Positions 1-11,700 of a DNA stretch of 64,000 nucleotides are shown piece by piece (position 1 is the stretch's first letter; each line of letters begins with the position of its first letter). The stretch is from Glycera tridactyla (Eukaryota). The notes beneath the pieces are model-generated. The model was not told where the DNA came from and did not search any database. It worked only from the letters and a program-made list of their open reading frames with translations. The stretch is taken from NCBI GenBank assembly GCA_965644265.1, contig OZ286466.1:29574001-29638000 (forward strand), read 5' to 3'. The position numbers and the translations under genes are program-made.

Positions 1-307
1 CCAGCAGTTAGTTGTCAGCGACGTGGAAGGGTCACATACTTCACCACCATCAAAACGCAAAAAACTTTCATGAACGCCTGTTTGTCACGTTCTCCATGCA
101 CATTGTTCATTCTATGTCAGCTGGTTTCATTCATTTCTCATTCGTCGTCTTTTTCTCCACACGCTTGTTATATGACTCTTTCAGGGATTGTCATAGTGCT
201 TGCTTGTCAACTTCCAGCCATTTTTGGGTTCATTCAACATGAAGGTCAATTAACTAACCTACCAACCAACCGATCAAACTCCCATCAGGGAATCAACTAT
301 GCATATA

Positions 308-439
308 CAGTGAAACCTGCGACGAGAGACCGCCCTAAATGCCACCATAGTCAAATATACCTCCAATGAGGGACCACCTGTCTTGAGAGACCACTTTTTG
401 TTGGCGTTTGTGGGCGGTCTCCCAAGACAAGTTTTACTG
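308..439. mobile_element. Tc1/mariner-type MITE
   Basis: TIRs CAGTGAAACCTG / CAAGTTTTACTG (2 mismatches) flanked by TA at 306-307 and 440-441; internal gaccacc motifs shared with other copies. Confidence 0.85.
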
Positions 440-534
440 TATTCACTACCGCCTATTTCACTGAAGGTAGCTCATTCAACATATAGATTACCCAGCCAGT
501 AGCTTCAAGAATTTTCTTGGCAGTGTTTGTGATA

Positions 535-600
535 TAGTCAAACCTGTTCTAGGGATCACCTCTATACAAAGGCTGCCTGCCTACGAAGGCCACCCTGAGC
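535..600. mobile_element. Truncated MITE of the same superfamily (left end)
   Basis: TA-tagtcaaacctg start followed by atcacctctatacaaagg and ggccacc motifs. Confidence 0.55.
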
Positions 601-929
601 TGTGACCATGACAGTATTTTCCACTTTCAACTTCTCTGCAAAGCCGTTCAGTAGTACATGTATGACCATGAGCTCTAGCGATCACCCCTCTGAATTGCTG
701 GCTTTAGTTTCCTCAGCTGATCACAGTATTCAGTTGTTGTATATTTGTTCTACAATGAAATGCTGGAGGTCTCTAAACCATACACTCAAGATTGATTGGT
801 TTTGGATGCCAATTTGATGGGATTTGGTACGTTTATTTTGGTCATATTATGCTACAATGAATTGTTTGGCATTGTATTGTTTTTCACTCATACTGAGTCC
901 ATCGAAAGCATTTATTTATTTTTTTTCAC

Positions 930-1067
930 NNNNNNNNNNNNNNNNNNNNNNNNNNNNNNNNNNNNNNNNNNNNNNNNNNNNNNNNNNNNNNNNNNNNNNN
1001 NNNNNNNNNNNNNNNNNNNNNNNNNNNNNNNNNNNNNNNNNNNNNNNNNNNNNNNNNNNNNNNNNNN
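930..1067. other. Assembly gap (138 N)
   Basis: Run of N bases. Confidence 1.
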
Positions 1068-2635
1068 ATGTGTGCTCGTTCCTGTATGCATTCATGCATG
1101 TGTATGCCATGGAAGTCCCACCTATGGATTGTATTGTTAAATTTTGATAATAAAATAACTTTTTGCTATTTGAAACTTTTGTTATGTATATTTCTTATCT
1201 ACCATTTCTATGCACCTCATCTATGCGGACATTCTTTCAGATGGGTATTTCTTTACAGCAATTTCAAGTTTGCTTGAAGTAACTTTGTCTTGATTTGAGC
1301 CCCTTATCCTCTTTCAGTCCAATGGTTTATATGTCTTCTGTGATATCTGATTTTCGAGAAAAACTCTATAGTTGAGCCTCAGAATTTTATGAGGAGACAT
1401 GGCATCTCTGAGCTTGTGCCATATCAGGTTATTAATCCGCTCCCATCAAGCCTGTGCGGGATACCACACTGCTGGCCATATCCATGACAAAATTATGTGA
1501 ACTCTATTCCAGTTGGCAAAAGTAGCACACATTACATAAAAGGCACAATAAACAGGGACGTGATTCAGATTGTTCCGTGGATCCCGGGATATCCGGATTT
1601 TTTACCGCAGAGGTGGCAAACCATATGACAGAAAAGAGCATTTTGTCAGAAATATGTCGTGGAATTTCACAGTTGATTTTACATTTCTATTTCAGTGGGT
1701 CCCTCTTGCATGGAAACAGGACATGATCTAGTATCAAAGATAACTTGGTTGTCTGAAGGTGTAGGACCACTCACAGGGAGAAATGCATTTCAGTGATAGT
1801 TGACAAAACCTGGAAAAATCTGCCTTCTGAATTATCCTACTCCTCTAAACATGATTGAATTAATAATTGCCAGCTAGAATTCCCAATGAGTCTCATATTA
1901 TGATCACACCTGAACTCACCTATTAGCCATAGGACACCATTATTGGTTAAAATTAAATGCTCTGTATTACCGTTTGGATGTACACTCTCGGAGGATGTTA
2001 TTAACAAAAAAATAAAAAACCATGAAACCTGACCAGAGGCGCTTTTCAAGAAGAATTTGTAGACCAAGAAACAAACGCTAACTAATGCCTACTTCCATAC
2101 TAAGCATGTGGTCTATCCCCACAACTTGATGGCAACTATGACTGCATATAAACTAGGTGCTCTATCTCCACTAATACTGGTCCGATTTTCCTGATCTAAA
2201 ATCTCAAATAATCAGCATAAAATGTATAATTTCCCTGACAAATCCTGTGGGTCAATGGCCTCATTCAGCCATATTAGTAACCCATTTTATTGAACTTGGA
2301 CAGGATATAAACCATCAAAATACATGAGAACACAGTGAAGTAGAAAGAAGTCTGATACGAAAATGACAAATATGACAAGTTCACTGATGTGGGAGGAATT
2401 GTGGTTGCACATTTAAGAGCTCAGTATATTTGATTAAATTCCCTTGCTTTTTGCCAGTACATGTATTCAATTTTTGCCTGCACCACATTCTCGCCCTGTC
2501 TGGAAAACCTCTGACTGGTGGACACGGCAAACTGAAACTAGAGCTTTGTCACAGAGGTGACTAGAAATACCCCCGCCGCCACTTTGACACAGACTGTACG
2601 CAATATGGCCAAGGGACAGCAAACCTATCACACCA

Positions 2636-2778
2636 AAAAGTGGCCTTTATAGACAGGTGGATTTCATAGAGGTCATTTACTGTTGAGATGATTATCACAG
2701 TCGCAGCTGTGGTAGCTCAGGTGGCCTTTATAGACAGGTGGTCTTTATATAGAGGTGGTCTCTTGAGCAGGTTTGAGT
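2636..2778 (-). mobile_element. MITE copy, inverted relative to 6710-6853
   Basis: gaggtcatttactgttgag...cagtcgcagctg is the reverse complement of the 6741-6781 region; ends in gagcaggtttgag, a TIR-like end. Confidence 0.75.
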
Positions 2779-2809
2779 GTGTGTGTGAGTGTGTGGGAGG
2801 GGTTGTTGT

Positions 2810-3130
2810 TGAGGGAGCAAAGGAATAAATGGTGGCCATCTTGAATTTCAAGGTAAATGGATGTGAATAAGTCAAATTTGGTTTGTGTGTGATTATCCAG
2901 AAAGGTCTGGTGCTCTTAACTGAAACTTAGATGCCAGTTGCCATAGCTGTCTCGAATATCAAGGTCACTGGGTCGGAAAAAAAGGTCGTAGATTTCTGCA
3001 CAATAACTAGGGAAATTTTCAGAGCTATCTACTTGTATATAAGCTCAGCTTAGGTGAAGCAAGATGCCTTTTGACTATCGGTTGGCCATATCAAGTTTGA
3101 TGGTCAGCGGGTGTAAAGAGTTTTTGTGCA
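2810..3130. repeat. Degenerate Helentron/HINE-like interspersed repeat (ggtcaaggtca family); a possible 5' end lies at 2536-2591
   Basis: ggtggccatcttgaatttcaagg, caaggtcactggg and atcaagtttg motifs shared with 5340-6033 and 7519-8508. Confidence 0.5.
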
Positions 3131-3142
3131 TCCCAAAGTATT

Positions 3143-3312
3143 TCCCTACGTGTCATAAGAGGCGACTAAGTGGGAACCCAGAAATGACACCTCGAGTCTC
3201 TGTGAATTACAAGGAGGAGTCTTGAATGATCCCACCCATGCCCATTGCATGGGCGTCACAATATAGCACAGATGGAGCTGACGTTAAACCCCCAACAAAC
3301 AAACAAACAAAA
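3143..3312 (+). mobile_element. SINE 3' part with conserved central domain and (AAAC)n tail
   Basis: cctacgtgtcataagaggcgactaa core as I recall from invertebrate V/Meta-type SINEs; ends gacgttaaaccccaacaaacaaacaaacaaaa. Confidence 0.7.
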
Positions 3313-4864
3313 CCTGCTTGCAACGTGACGAATAGACTCGCCACCGTTCAAGCAAAAAAGCTTGAGACCAATCAACCTGGAAATTGGATTCGCAATAGGA
3401 GAGATAGGAGAGGAAGAATGCCTTAAGATCAGTATTTTTGTCTGTTTCTAGGGCCATTTCTGGCTTGAATGTCGCCAAACAGCCAATCAATTAGACACTA
3501 CAGTGATTTGGGCTGATGCGACTGGTGATTTATATTTTCATGGGATTACAATTCATCAACTAGCTATCGCAGAGCTTCATCAGATGTGTTCAAAATCATC
3601 CACATACTCCAAGAGCTCAGGCTACAGAGAAATCTGGTACAATACCTAATAGAGGTCCAGATGGTTTTGAGCTATGTCATAACCTCCTTGTACATCATTT
3701 GAAAATTGGGAAATTATTTGCCATATGTGAATTGACTGTATTAATCACATCCCTTTCTTGTGTCATGGAACCAAAAGTGCCCAGTTGTTCCCATTAGACG
3801 GGTTTTTAACCAGCCTGGAATAAAGAAAAATGTGAGGAATTTGATTCAGGCCTGGAGAGAATGGGACCTGGTAAACCCCCAACTTTGGTATAGAATCCGA
3901 TCTCGATTGCAATGGCATTCATTTCAAATGATGAGGGCTGCTGAAGCCCTAAGGTGAGACTCGTATTACAGTCACCTAATAGTCATACAAACTATCTCAT
4001 TGACCCTAAGCCTTTTGGAAAGGCAAAATAACACTGCCCTTTGAAGTTTGGCACCATCTCCCTAAAAGGTTTTGTTGCGGGGGTCATTAGGTGTATGTGA
4101 CTTCAATATTGATTCTAATGTGAAAGTGTAAGTGAATGACGATATACCAAGCACACCCATTCCAGTCATTTATACATTTAGATGTGCCATCGATAAGTTC
4201 ACGCAGATTTGTGTGAGATGCATATAGATTTTCTAAAAACGGCCGTTGTTGTGTAGGCAGGTTGGTGTGCTATATTGAGACCCATACAACGGACACGCTT
4301 AGGATCATCTGGGTTCCTGCCGAAGGTGAAATAATATGATGATCACTGACACTCCAAGTAATACTCCGAGCACTTACTTGAGGACAGATTTCAAAAACGG
4401 TAACATTTCGAGTAAAATTCGGAATTTGACTTTAGGAAGCTGAACGAACTTTTGCCCCCTGGCCCAGCAGGAAGAGCAGACATTATATTTGAGATGATCC
4501 TGGCCCTTGACCTCCTCTACCTTGGTGGATTGCTGGGTTAATAGTTCCTCGTCCAGTCTTAGTTCCATAATACATGTTTCGTTAATTTCGGGTTGGTTAA
4601 ACAGGGTGACAGAGTATCCATCCCCAGCATGTGTTCCCTGTATCTTGCAGGCATCACTCGGACAGAAACTGAATACAACATGACGAGGAACCATAAAGGT
4701 TGGGAGTATCAGGGGAGTGATTAGCCAAGACCAAAACAAAGATACTTGAACATGTGTGGGTCCATTTTACAGGGCGATTGGAAAGAAAGTTGCCAATACT
4801 ACAGTGTACCATATCATTTGAGCCTATAACCTTTGACATCGAATCATTTGCATTGCAAGAAGGT

Positions 4865-5330
4865 GCTTTGCTTGCTTGCTTACTTGCTTATTTCGAGCTT
4901 GCTCTGGCTTGGGCTATGATGGTGCAATCCTGCTCCCTGTCATGCATGCACGACGACATCTCCTCGAATCCAAGTCCCATATCCCTACTACCTATAGTGC
5001 GAGGTTGGAGGAAGCTTCTTCCAAGTGCCTGGCCCAGTAGCTTGCCAGCTTCAGCTAACTTAATGTCCTAATCTTGGCTGAGATCCTTGTTGGGTTTCTG
5101 TAAAGCTCCTCATTCATTTTGTGTTCCTGCCAGCTAATGTTGAGTGCTTTCCTCAACATTTGTGTGTAGCAAGCATCATGTCATTTCTCCTGTTTCTTAC
5201 CCAGGCTTCGTTTCACTGCTGTCTGATCTTCAGGTCTTTCCCAAGGTTTGACTTTCAGATCTTTTGCTTTGATGTCAGTCTCAGAGCTGCTCATCATCAA
5301 GCCCAAGTATTTGAAGTCCTGCAGTTATAC
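4865..5330 (-). mobile_element. Degraded RTE-clade LINE 3' end
   Basis: Minus strand encodes DFKYLGLMMSSSETDIK (RT C-terminus), then broken LYRNPTRISAKIR...EEASSNL...GLGFEEMSSCMHDRE...* and an (AAGC/AAGT)n tail at 4865-4890. Confidence 0.75.
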
Positions 5331-5339
5331 TAATCAATG

Positions 5340-6033
5340 CCAACTTGAGATATCCTAAAAATAGCTCCTGTGACTTTGTCCTAGTGCCACATGCATTGAC
5401 AGGAAGGTTCTAGTATAGGAACTGGGAATCTAGACCTTCAACCTGGGGTCCAAATGCACAGACATATAAGTGTACTATTAGTATGATGGTGCATATATGT
5501 TTGGTCCATATCCATCAATGCTGATTATGGTATCCGATGTGAGAAAGTCCCCGTGACATTGACCTTTGACCTAGGGTCACTTGCATCTAAAGGTAGAAGG
5601 TTTTACCATCGGATGCATTACATCAAATCAGTTTGGTCCATGGTATCTGATGATGCAAGGTTGAGCTATTGTGCAAAATAGGAAAATCCCATAATTGCTC
5701 GTCACTTTGAACTCTGACCCAGGATCACATGCATCTAAAGGGAACTATTCCACCATCAGGTCATCATACCATATCAGTTTGGCCCATATCCATCATTGCT
5801 GGCTTGAGTTACTGTACACAATTTTTAGATCTATGATAGCTTCTGTGACCCTGACCTTTGGGCACACATATGGAATTCAAGAATACGATTTTTATATAGA
5901 TCACAGTTGCAGTTTTATGAAAATTCTACCATGCAATCCAAAGGTTTTCGGAAGAAATATGACCAGATGGACGTAATACAGATGAGAATCGTGAAAATAT
6001 AATATCCCCGTTTCCCAAAGTGGGGTGTAAAAA
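5340..6033 (+). mobile_element. Helentron/HINE-like non-autonomous element remnant
   Basis: Repeated tgacctttgacc / catcaaatcagtttggtcc units; ends with a cccc...gggg hairpin (atatccccgtttcccaaagtggggtgtaaaaa). Confidence 0.55.
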
Positions 6034-6139
6034 GCGCAGGCATCATTAATCATCTGAATGTTGGCTGCTCTACCTCCACCAACTCTGGTCGAATTTGAAT
6101 GATGTGAATGCCCAAATACTCAACGTATGCTACCTTTTA

Positions 6140-6478
6140 CTCTGGCAGAATGAATGGGGAACCAAAAAGCGAAATAAATTTTATCGCATCAGATCAAAAC
6201 TTGAAGACAGATTCCCCGTGAGAACTATGAATAGAAGAGAGGAGATAGTACTTTCCCGTTTGAGGATAGGACATACATATCTCACCCATTCACACCTTCT
6301 GAAAAAACAAAGCAATCCTAATTGCTTTGCATGCGGATGCCATCTCACTGTCAAACATTTATTGCTCGACTGTAGAAAACTATCGCAAACTAGAGTAAAG
6401 TATTACACTGTAGAAAACATGACACAACTTTTCATGAAAGGTTATTTGCATGAATTGGAAATATCTAGACAAATATGA
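6140..6478 (+). mobile_element. I/Nimb-like LINE ORF2 C-terminal fragment
   Basis: RREEIVLSRLRIGHTYLTHSHLL...CFACGCHLTVKHLLLDC is the post-RNaseH C-terminal CCHC region of I-group LINEs; no RT upstream (5' truncated). Confidence 0.85.
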
Positions 6479-6490
6479 ATCGTGTGCATG

Positions 6491-6686
6491 CTAACCCAGT
6501 GCATGCCGACTGGGATATCAAAGGCCGGCCGTGTATTTAGGAGCCTTTTCCTTTACGCACGTTAAAGATCCACTGCTGTCTTTCGCAAAGAGTAGGGACG
6601 GCCCCCGGCAGGCATTTTCAGTTTTTCAGTCCGATATAACCCAAGCGGGTTCAAGTGATGTTAAACTCAAACAAACAAACAAACAA
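6491..6686 (+). mobile_element. SINE with Deu/Nin-like core and (AAAC)n tail
   Basis: cacgttaaagatccactgctgtctttcgcaaagagtaggg...ccccgg resembles the DeuSINE/Nin domain; tail gatgttaaactcaaacaaacaaacaaac like the 3143 SINE. Confidence 0.7.
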
Positions 6687-6709
6687 TTTCCTGTCATATT
6701 TTCACAATA

Positions 6710-6853
6710 CAGTCGAACCTCCTCTCTATAAAGGCCACTTCAGCTGCGACCGTGGTCGTATTTTCAACAGTAAATGACCTCTATAAAGACCACCTCCCCA
6801 TAAAGGTCACTTTCCAATGCGACCAAAACGGTCTTTATAGAGAGGTCCAACTG
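6710..6853 (+). mobile_element. Tc1/mariner-type MITE, intact (144 bp)
   Basis: TIRs CAGTCGAACCTC / GAGGTCCAACTG (2 mismatches), TA duplication at 6708-6709 and 6854-6855. Confidence 0.88.
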
Positions 6854-7518
6854 TAAATCTGTGTATGCCAAGTTATATATGGACAGTTGGACATTTACTA
6901 CATCAATTTTGGGCGCATTTCCGCCTATTGCTACGTTTTGGTTTTATCATCGAGAATGGATGCCAATGGAATGGAGCAAAATTTTCAGAAATAAGATTAA
7001 ATTTGATGAAAAAAATCCCTCATATTCTTGGAAGTATGTCCCCCAAATCTCCACAAAATTCCATTACATGCTTCTCAGATAACTTTTTATTCTATTTTCT
7101 CTGCAGTTTCTACCAGCTTACATGAATCTCCACCATTCTTTGCATCCCTGAAGATAGCAGTTTTGAAGCTTTTCTAGCTGATCACCGTGATGCACCAGAG
7201 CTTCAGATTTTCTTGGTTTAACGGCATGTATCAACCCTAGGGTTATGTATGCCGTGTGTTCCTGGTCAGTGAAAGCTAGATGTTCTATCCCCTACAGACA
7301 TCACTCTCACAAACCCTGAACACAAGATGATGGGGAACCTGAACAGTTGTCAAGTGGAAGTAGCTGACAGTTCAGACACACCTCTAACTCCTACACATGA
7401 ACATAATGATCCTGAAGATAGCATATCGAACTATGTAACTGGCTCGAAGCTAAGACTGATAGCAATGTTTTTTTTTTAGCAAAGCACAGTAAGGAAAAGA
7501 TTATGGGGCACCATGCTC

Positions 7519-8508
7519 AACTAGAAAACTGACTCAGTCAGCGCAGGCCTCGCCAGGGCTTGATCCACCGGCACCACAAACACAGTGGTACATTTAATTG
7601 CATGGATACATTTCAGAAGCACTGTTGTAGTCCACATGTAAAAATTGGCCACTGTGGCATTGATATCTTGGACAGAGCAGCATGCATAATAATTTCAATG
7701 TCAAGGTCATGTCTCCAAGGTCAAAGGTCACAGAAGCAAAATTTCATGCCTATGCACACCTACCTCTCATGGGAAGTCCATATGTACAAATTGGCCACTG
7801 TAGCCTCAATACCTGAGGCACAGGAGCATAAAAAATTCAAGTTCAAGGTCATACTTCCAAGGTCAAAGGTTGCAGGGGCAGAAATCAATACCTATCACAC
7901 CTACGCCTGATTGGAAGTCCACAGGTACAGATTAGCCACTGTGGCATGAATATCTTGGTCACAGCAGCACATCAAACATTTCAAGTTGAAGGTCATGTCA
8001 CAGGAATGAAAATTCATGCCTATGCACACCTCCATGATATGGGCATTCCACGAAATCAAATTTGGCTAATGTAGCATCAATACTTTGGCCACAGCTGCAT
8101 GCACAGAAATTTGTAGAGGGACACACATGCATACACCCCCCCCCCCCCACACACACACATACATACACACATTTGAGGAAATGGTTGGAGTGCCAACTTG
8201 TGTTTGACCTTGGAGTTGATGAAATAGACTACATGCCATTATTAATGACTACAGAATAGATGTCGATTACAGAAAGGTGTTACATAACACAGGTAGAGAA
8301 ACAAGAGAGACATTGTCAGTTTCCGAAGAATTCCAAATTAAATTACTCCAGAATAGATGTCGATTACGGAGAGGTCTTCCCCAACACAGGCAGAGAAACA
8401 AGAGAGGCATGGTCAGTTTCCGAAGAATCTTATGTAACTAACTCAAAATTTGTGGACAGACACAGTGATTACTATAGGGCACCCGCATTTTCATGCGGGG
8501 CCCTAAAT
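7519..8508 (+). mobile_element. Helentron/HINE-like element with about 4 internal tandem units of 129-146 bp
   Basis: Begins aactagaaa; tandem units start at 7632, 7778, 7919 and 8048; ends acagtgattactat plus hairpin tagggcacccgcat/atgcggggcccta (8475-8505). Confidence 0.65.
8252..8427. repeat. Two-copy direct repeat, period 97 bp
   Basis: cagaatagatgtcgattac...cagtttccgaagaa at 8252-8330 and 8349-8427. Confidence 0.9.
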
Positions 8509-8704
8509 ATTGTGGCTGGCAGATGTTGGATTGATTGCATTCTTAACAGATTGAAGTATGCCTCGTGTTCATGATCCAATAAAGTTTGAGGCTTGGTCCC
8601 CTGCAAGCATCACTCCCACCAACCCTAAACAGAGGTTGGAGAATCGGAAAGGTTGACAGTGAAAGCAAAGACAATGACATAATGTACATTTTAAACATTG
8701 GTTC

Positions 8705-8710
8705 TTTATT
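8705..8710 (-). terminator. Candidate distal polyadenylation signal AATAAA
   Basis: Minus strand reads gtgtattgtgaacatctggaaatgAATAAAgaacc...tgtcattgtctttgctttc: upstream UGUA and downstream GU/U-rich element. Confidence 0.55.
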
Positions 8711-11700
8711 CATTTCCAGATGTTCACAATACACTTATTCCGTTAAAATATGGAGCACAACAATGTGAAAACACCTCATAAAATGAGATAAAAATAGTTA
8801 TTGACTGTCCAACCATTGCATAGACCATGGTACAGTAACCGATTCACTAGAAGGGGACTCTCCTTGTATAACTGCACACTCGCACATGAGCCAACATGCA
8901 CATATGACACAACCTGCTTCTTTGCGAAGTACTCCTTTACCAGACACTAGTTGCTCTCAATAATTGATTCAAGAAAATCAGAAAATGATTAGAACATCAT
9001 TTTATTTTGACCACTCGCCAAAGTCAGAGTGGACTCTACAAAGCAATCGCAACAAAGGAGATTTAATGTTATTATATTACTACAATGAGATTCTGCTTTT
9101 ATTCCACAGATTGAGTTTCTGTCAAAAACTTGATCACGTGACAGAAAGTGTGGATAGTTGCCAGAGAGACAGAGACAGCATAATCATCTGCGGAACAACT
9201 CAAATCATGTGATGGAAGTGGCGAAAACTCGCCACAGAGCCATGATAAGCTATTGTCATCTCAGCGAGTGACTGCCTGAAATTTCAAACTGTGATCTTAA
9301 GTGAGGGAACACTCATAAGTAAGAGTGTAAAGCAACGTGAGAATTGCGAAGCCGGTTGTGCCACCTGGCACCTGCTCACCTAGCACGCATTCGAAAAACG
9401 CTTCTGGAAAAGAAGCTGCTAATGTCTAATTATATGAGCGTGATGGCACTCGCACCTCTTCTGGAACCCATTTCACCGAAGACGGAGCGCATTCAAAATC
9501 AGGAAGGTGTTCTCAGTCGCCGTAGTCTTCCATTTCTGACAAAACTATGACAATTGAAATCATCTACCCCCAAAATTGAGTGCTACTCCACTTCAGAGAA
9601 AAACTGCCCCTGGTTTACCGTGTGGCCGGAAAAACAGAACCAACACGCCAAGAGTATGTAATAGCAGGCCATAGGGACACGAGCACAATCGCCACCCTGC
9701 ACTAAAATCTAGGCTGTGTCCTACTTTTGTACAGAATAAAATCCATCAGCCATTTTGTACAAGCAACAAAGTTTAAACCCTACCATGGCCACGCAATACT
9801 GGGGTGCAAATCAGGGGGTGGGTTTCATCCATTTCGGCAGGCCTAGAGATCACATACCCCAAGTCACTGGTCCGAGTCTATCACTAAAGCCTAGGGATAC
9901 AGCAGCGACTGTTGTGCCCCTAGTCTTTAGTGAAATGATTTCCAGTTCAAATGACCAGCACCAGTGTGCAATATTTCCTAATACTACGCTCAGTTTCAGA
10001 CATTACCAATCTTTTTGAACCTCTTGAAAAGTTCCTTGTTGAAATTCAAGCTGCTGCATTAATTTCAGGAAACTCCAAGAGCGAACATCTATCATTAAAA
10101 TACCATTAGGCCTGAAACTAAATGCAGTTGAGGAAGCTAGACTTCTGGCCCTAGCACCTACATTTTGTTCGGTCACATTGTTAGTTGCAGAATGGTTTTA
10201 TTCGAAAGCTCTAATAACACACCAAAATTGAAGCACCCTTGAGAACTGAATTACAGTACACACTGCAAGTTTGAATCATCAACCTATAAATATCTTAAAA
10301 TCTTCACTTTCTGGGGCCTGTCTGGTTCAACCACTCCCTACAATTCATCCCAGTCTCGCGACTAGCTATACAACCACTTGAAACCGAATGATGAGTTCTA
10401 AGGAGTTCTTGCACCAGATTATTGGCCCACTAAACAACCAATATAGAGCACTATATACTGGGCCCATGTGCTTCCCATTCAAATATATCGCATCCAACAC
10501 ATTTGGTCCCCAAATTATTCACTTTAACCCTGAATACCCATATTTGTAAGCGACTATTTCCAATGTTTACTTATTCATTGAACCAAGTACAATATACAAT
10601 TAAGTTGAAAAAAGAAAAAAAAAACATTGGTTTTGTGAAATGTTAATTTGAGTCATTACACTCGTTATCATCTTGTACATTTGCATTACAACAACTTGAC
10701 TTAATTGGCTTACATACCAGCATTGCATATAGACAATATAAAATGATCTCATCAAAGCAAACACAGAGTGAGTATAAGTGTACAAACCACACTGCAGACA
10801 GCACACGCACACACATGGGCAGCTTGTTCCACGTAGGATGTGCTCATATCAACATATATATATATGTAGATCACCCATTAACAGCCACGGCATGCACGTC
10901 TGTACCACCACTATCATTCCCACCTCGTCTCGCAGGCTGCTTGCACCAGTTTAAAATTTAGCAATGAGTACCAAAACAAAAGAGAAAACCCATCCAATTC
11001 ATGCCCAAATGTACATCCAATTTGGATGAATTTCTGAATGCCTACATGAGGATGAAATCTAGCCCCTTGTAGCACCCCTGACAGACACTGATATTGTTCT
11101 TCTCCCAGCTACTGGCCAACTAACTGAAATGTAAACTGATGGGATAAATCCAATGTGAAACAGTGCACATGAAATGTTAACTGGTACAGATGAAACTATT
11201 CAGTCAGGGTAGGCAGTATCGATGCAACCAGGAATATCCATAGACAGGTGTCCCTGTGTTTTATATTGTATCCTGTCCAGCAGATCTTACTGGTGGTGCC
11301 AGTTGCAAATTCAGACTGAAATCAGCCAATCATGGGTCGCTTTTTCTGACATAACAAGCAACCCATCCAATTCATGATGATGAACATTTGGTGAATGTTG
11401 CATTACCTTATATCTGACATGCCGGTAGAATGATGTTCTCCATAATACCAAAGGTAGGCATAAATTGTTGGGTGAAACAAGCTGGGCCTCACATGTCACA
11501 AGACAGAAGATTGGTGGGACAGCAAAGATATATTCTATAACAGAAGTGAGGAGGGTACAAAGATCAAATTATTGCAGACTGCTCAATCAGTAGGTGGATT
11601 TCGGTGAGAGAAAGACATCAACAAGAAAAGCTTGTGGCCGTCAAAGTGTACACAAAGCAGAGACATAGATAAACGATAAATTCAAATCAAAATCACAACA

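Noticed and set aside
796-1147. ORFs spanning X residues
   Set aside because: Artefact of the N gap.
4374-4739. 121-aa minus-strand ORF next to the RTE tail
   Set aside because: No recognisable domain or splice pattern.
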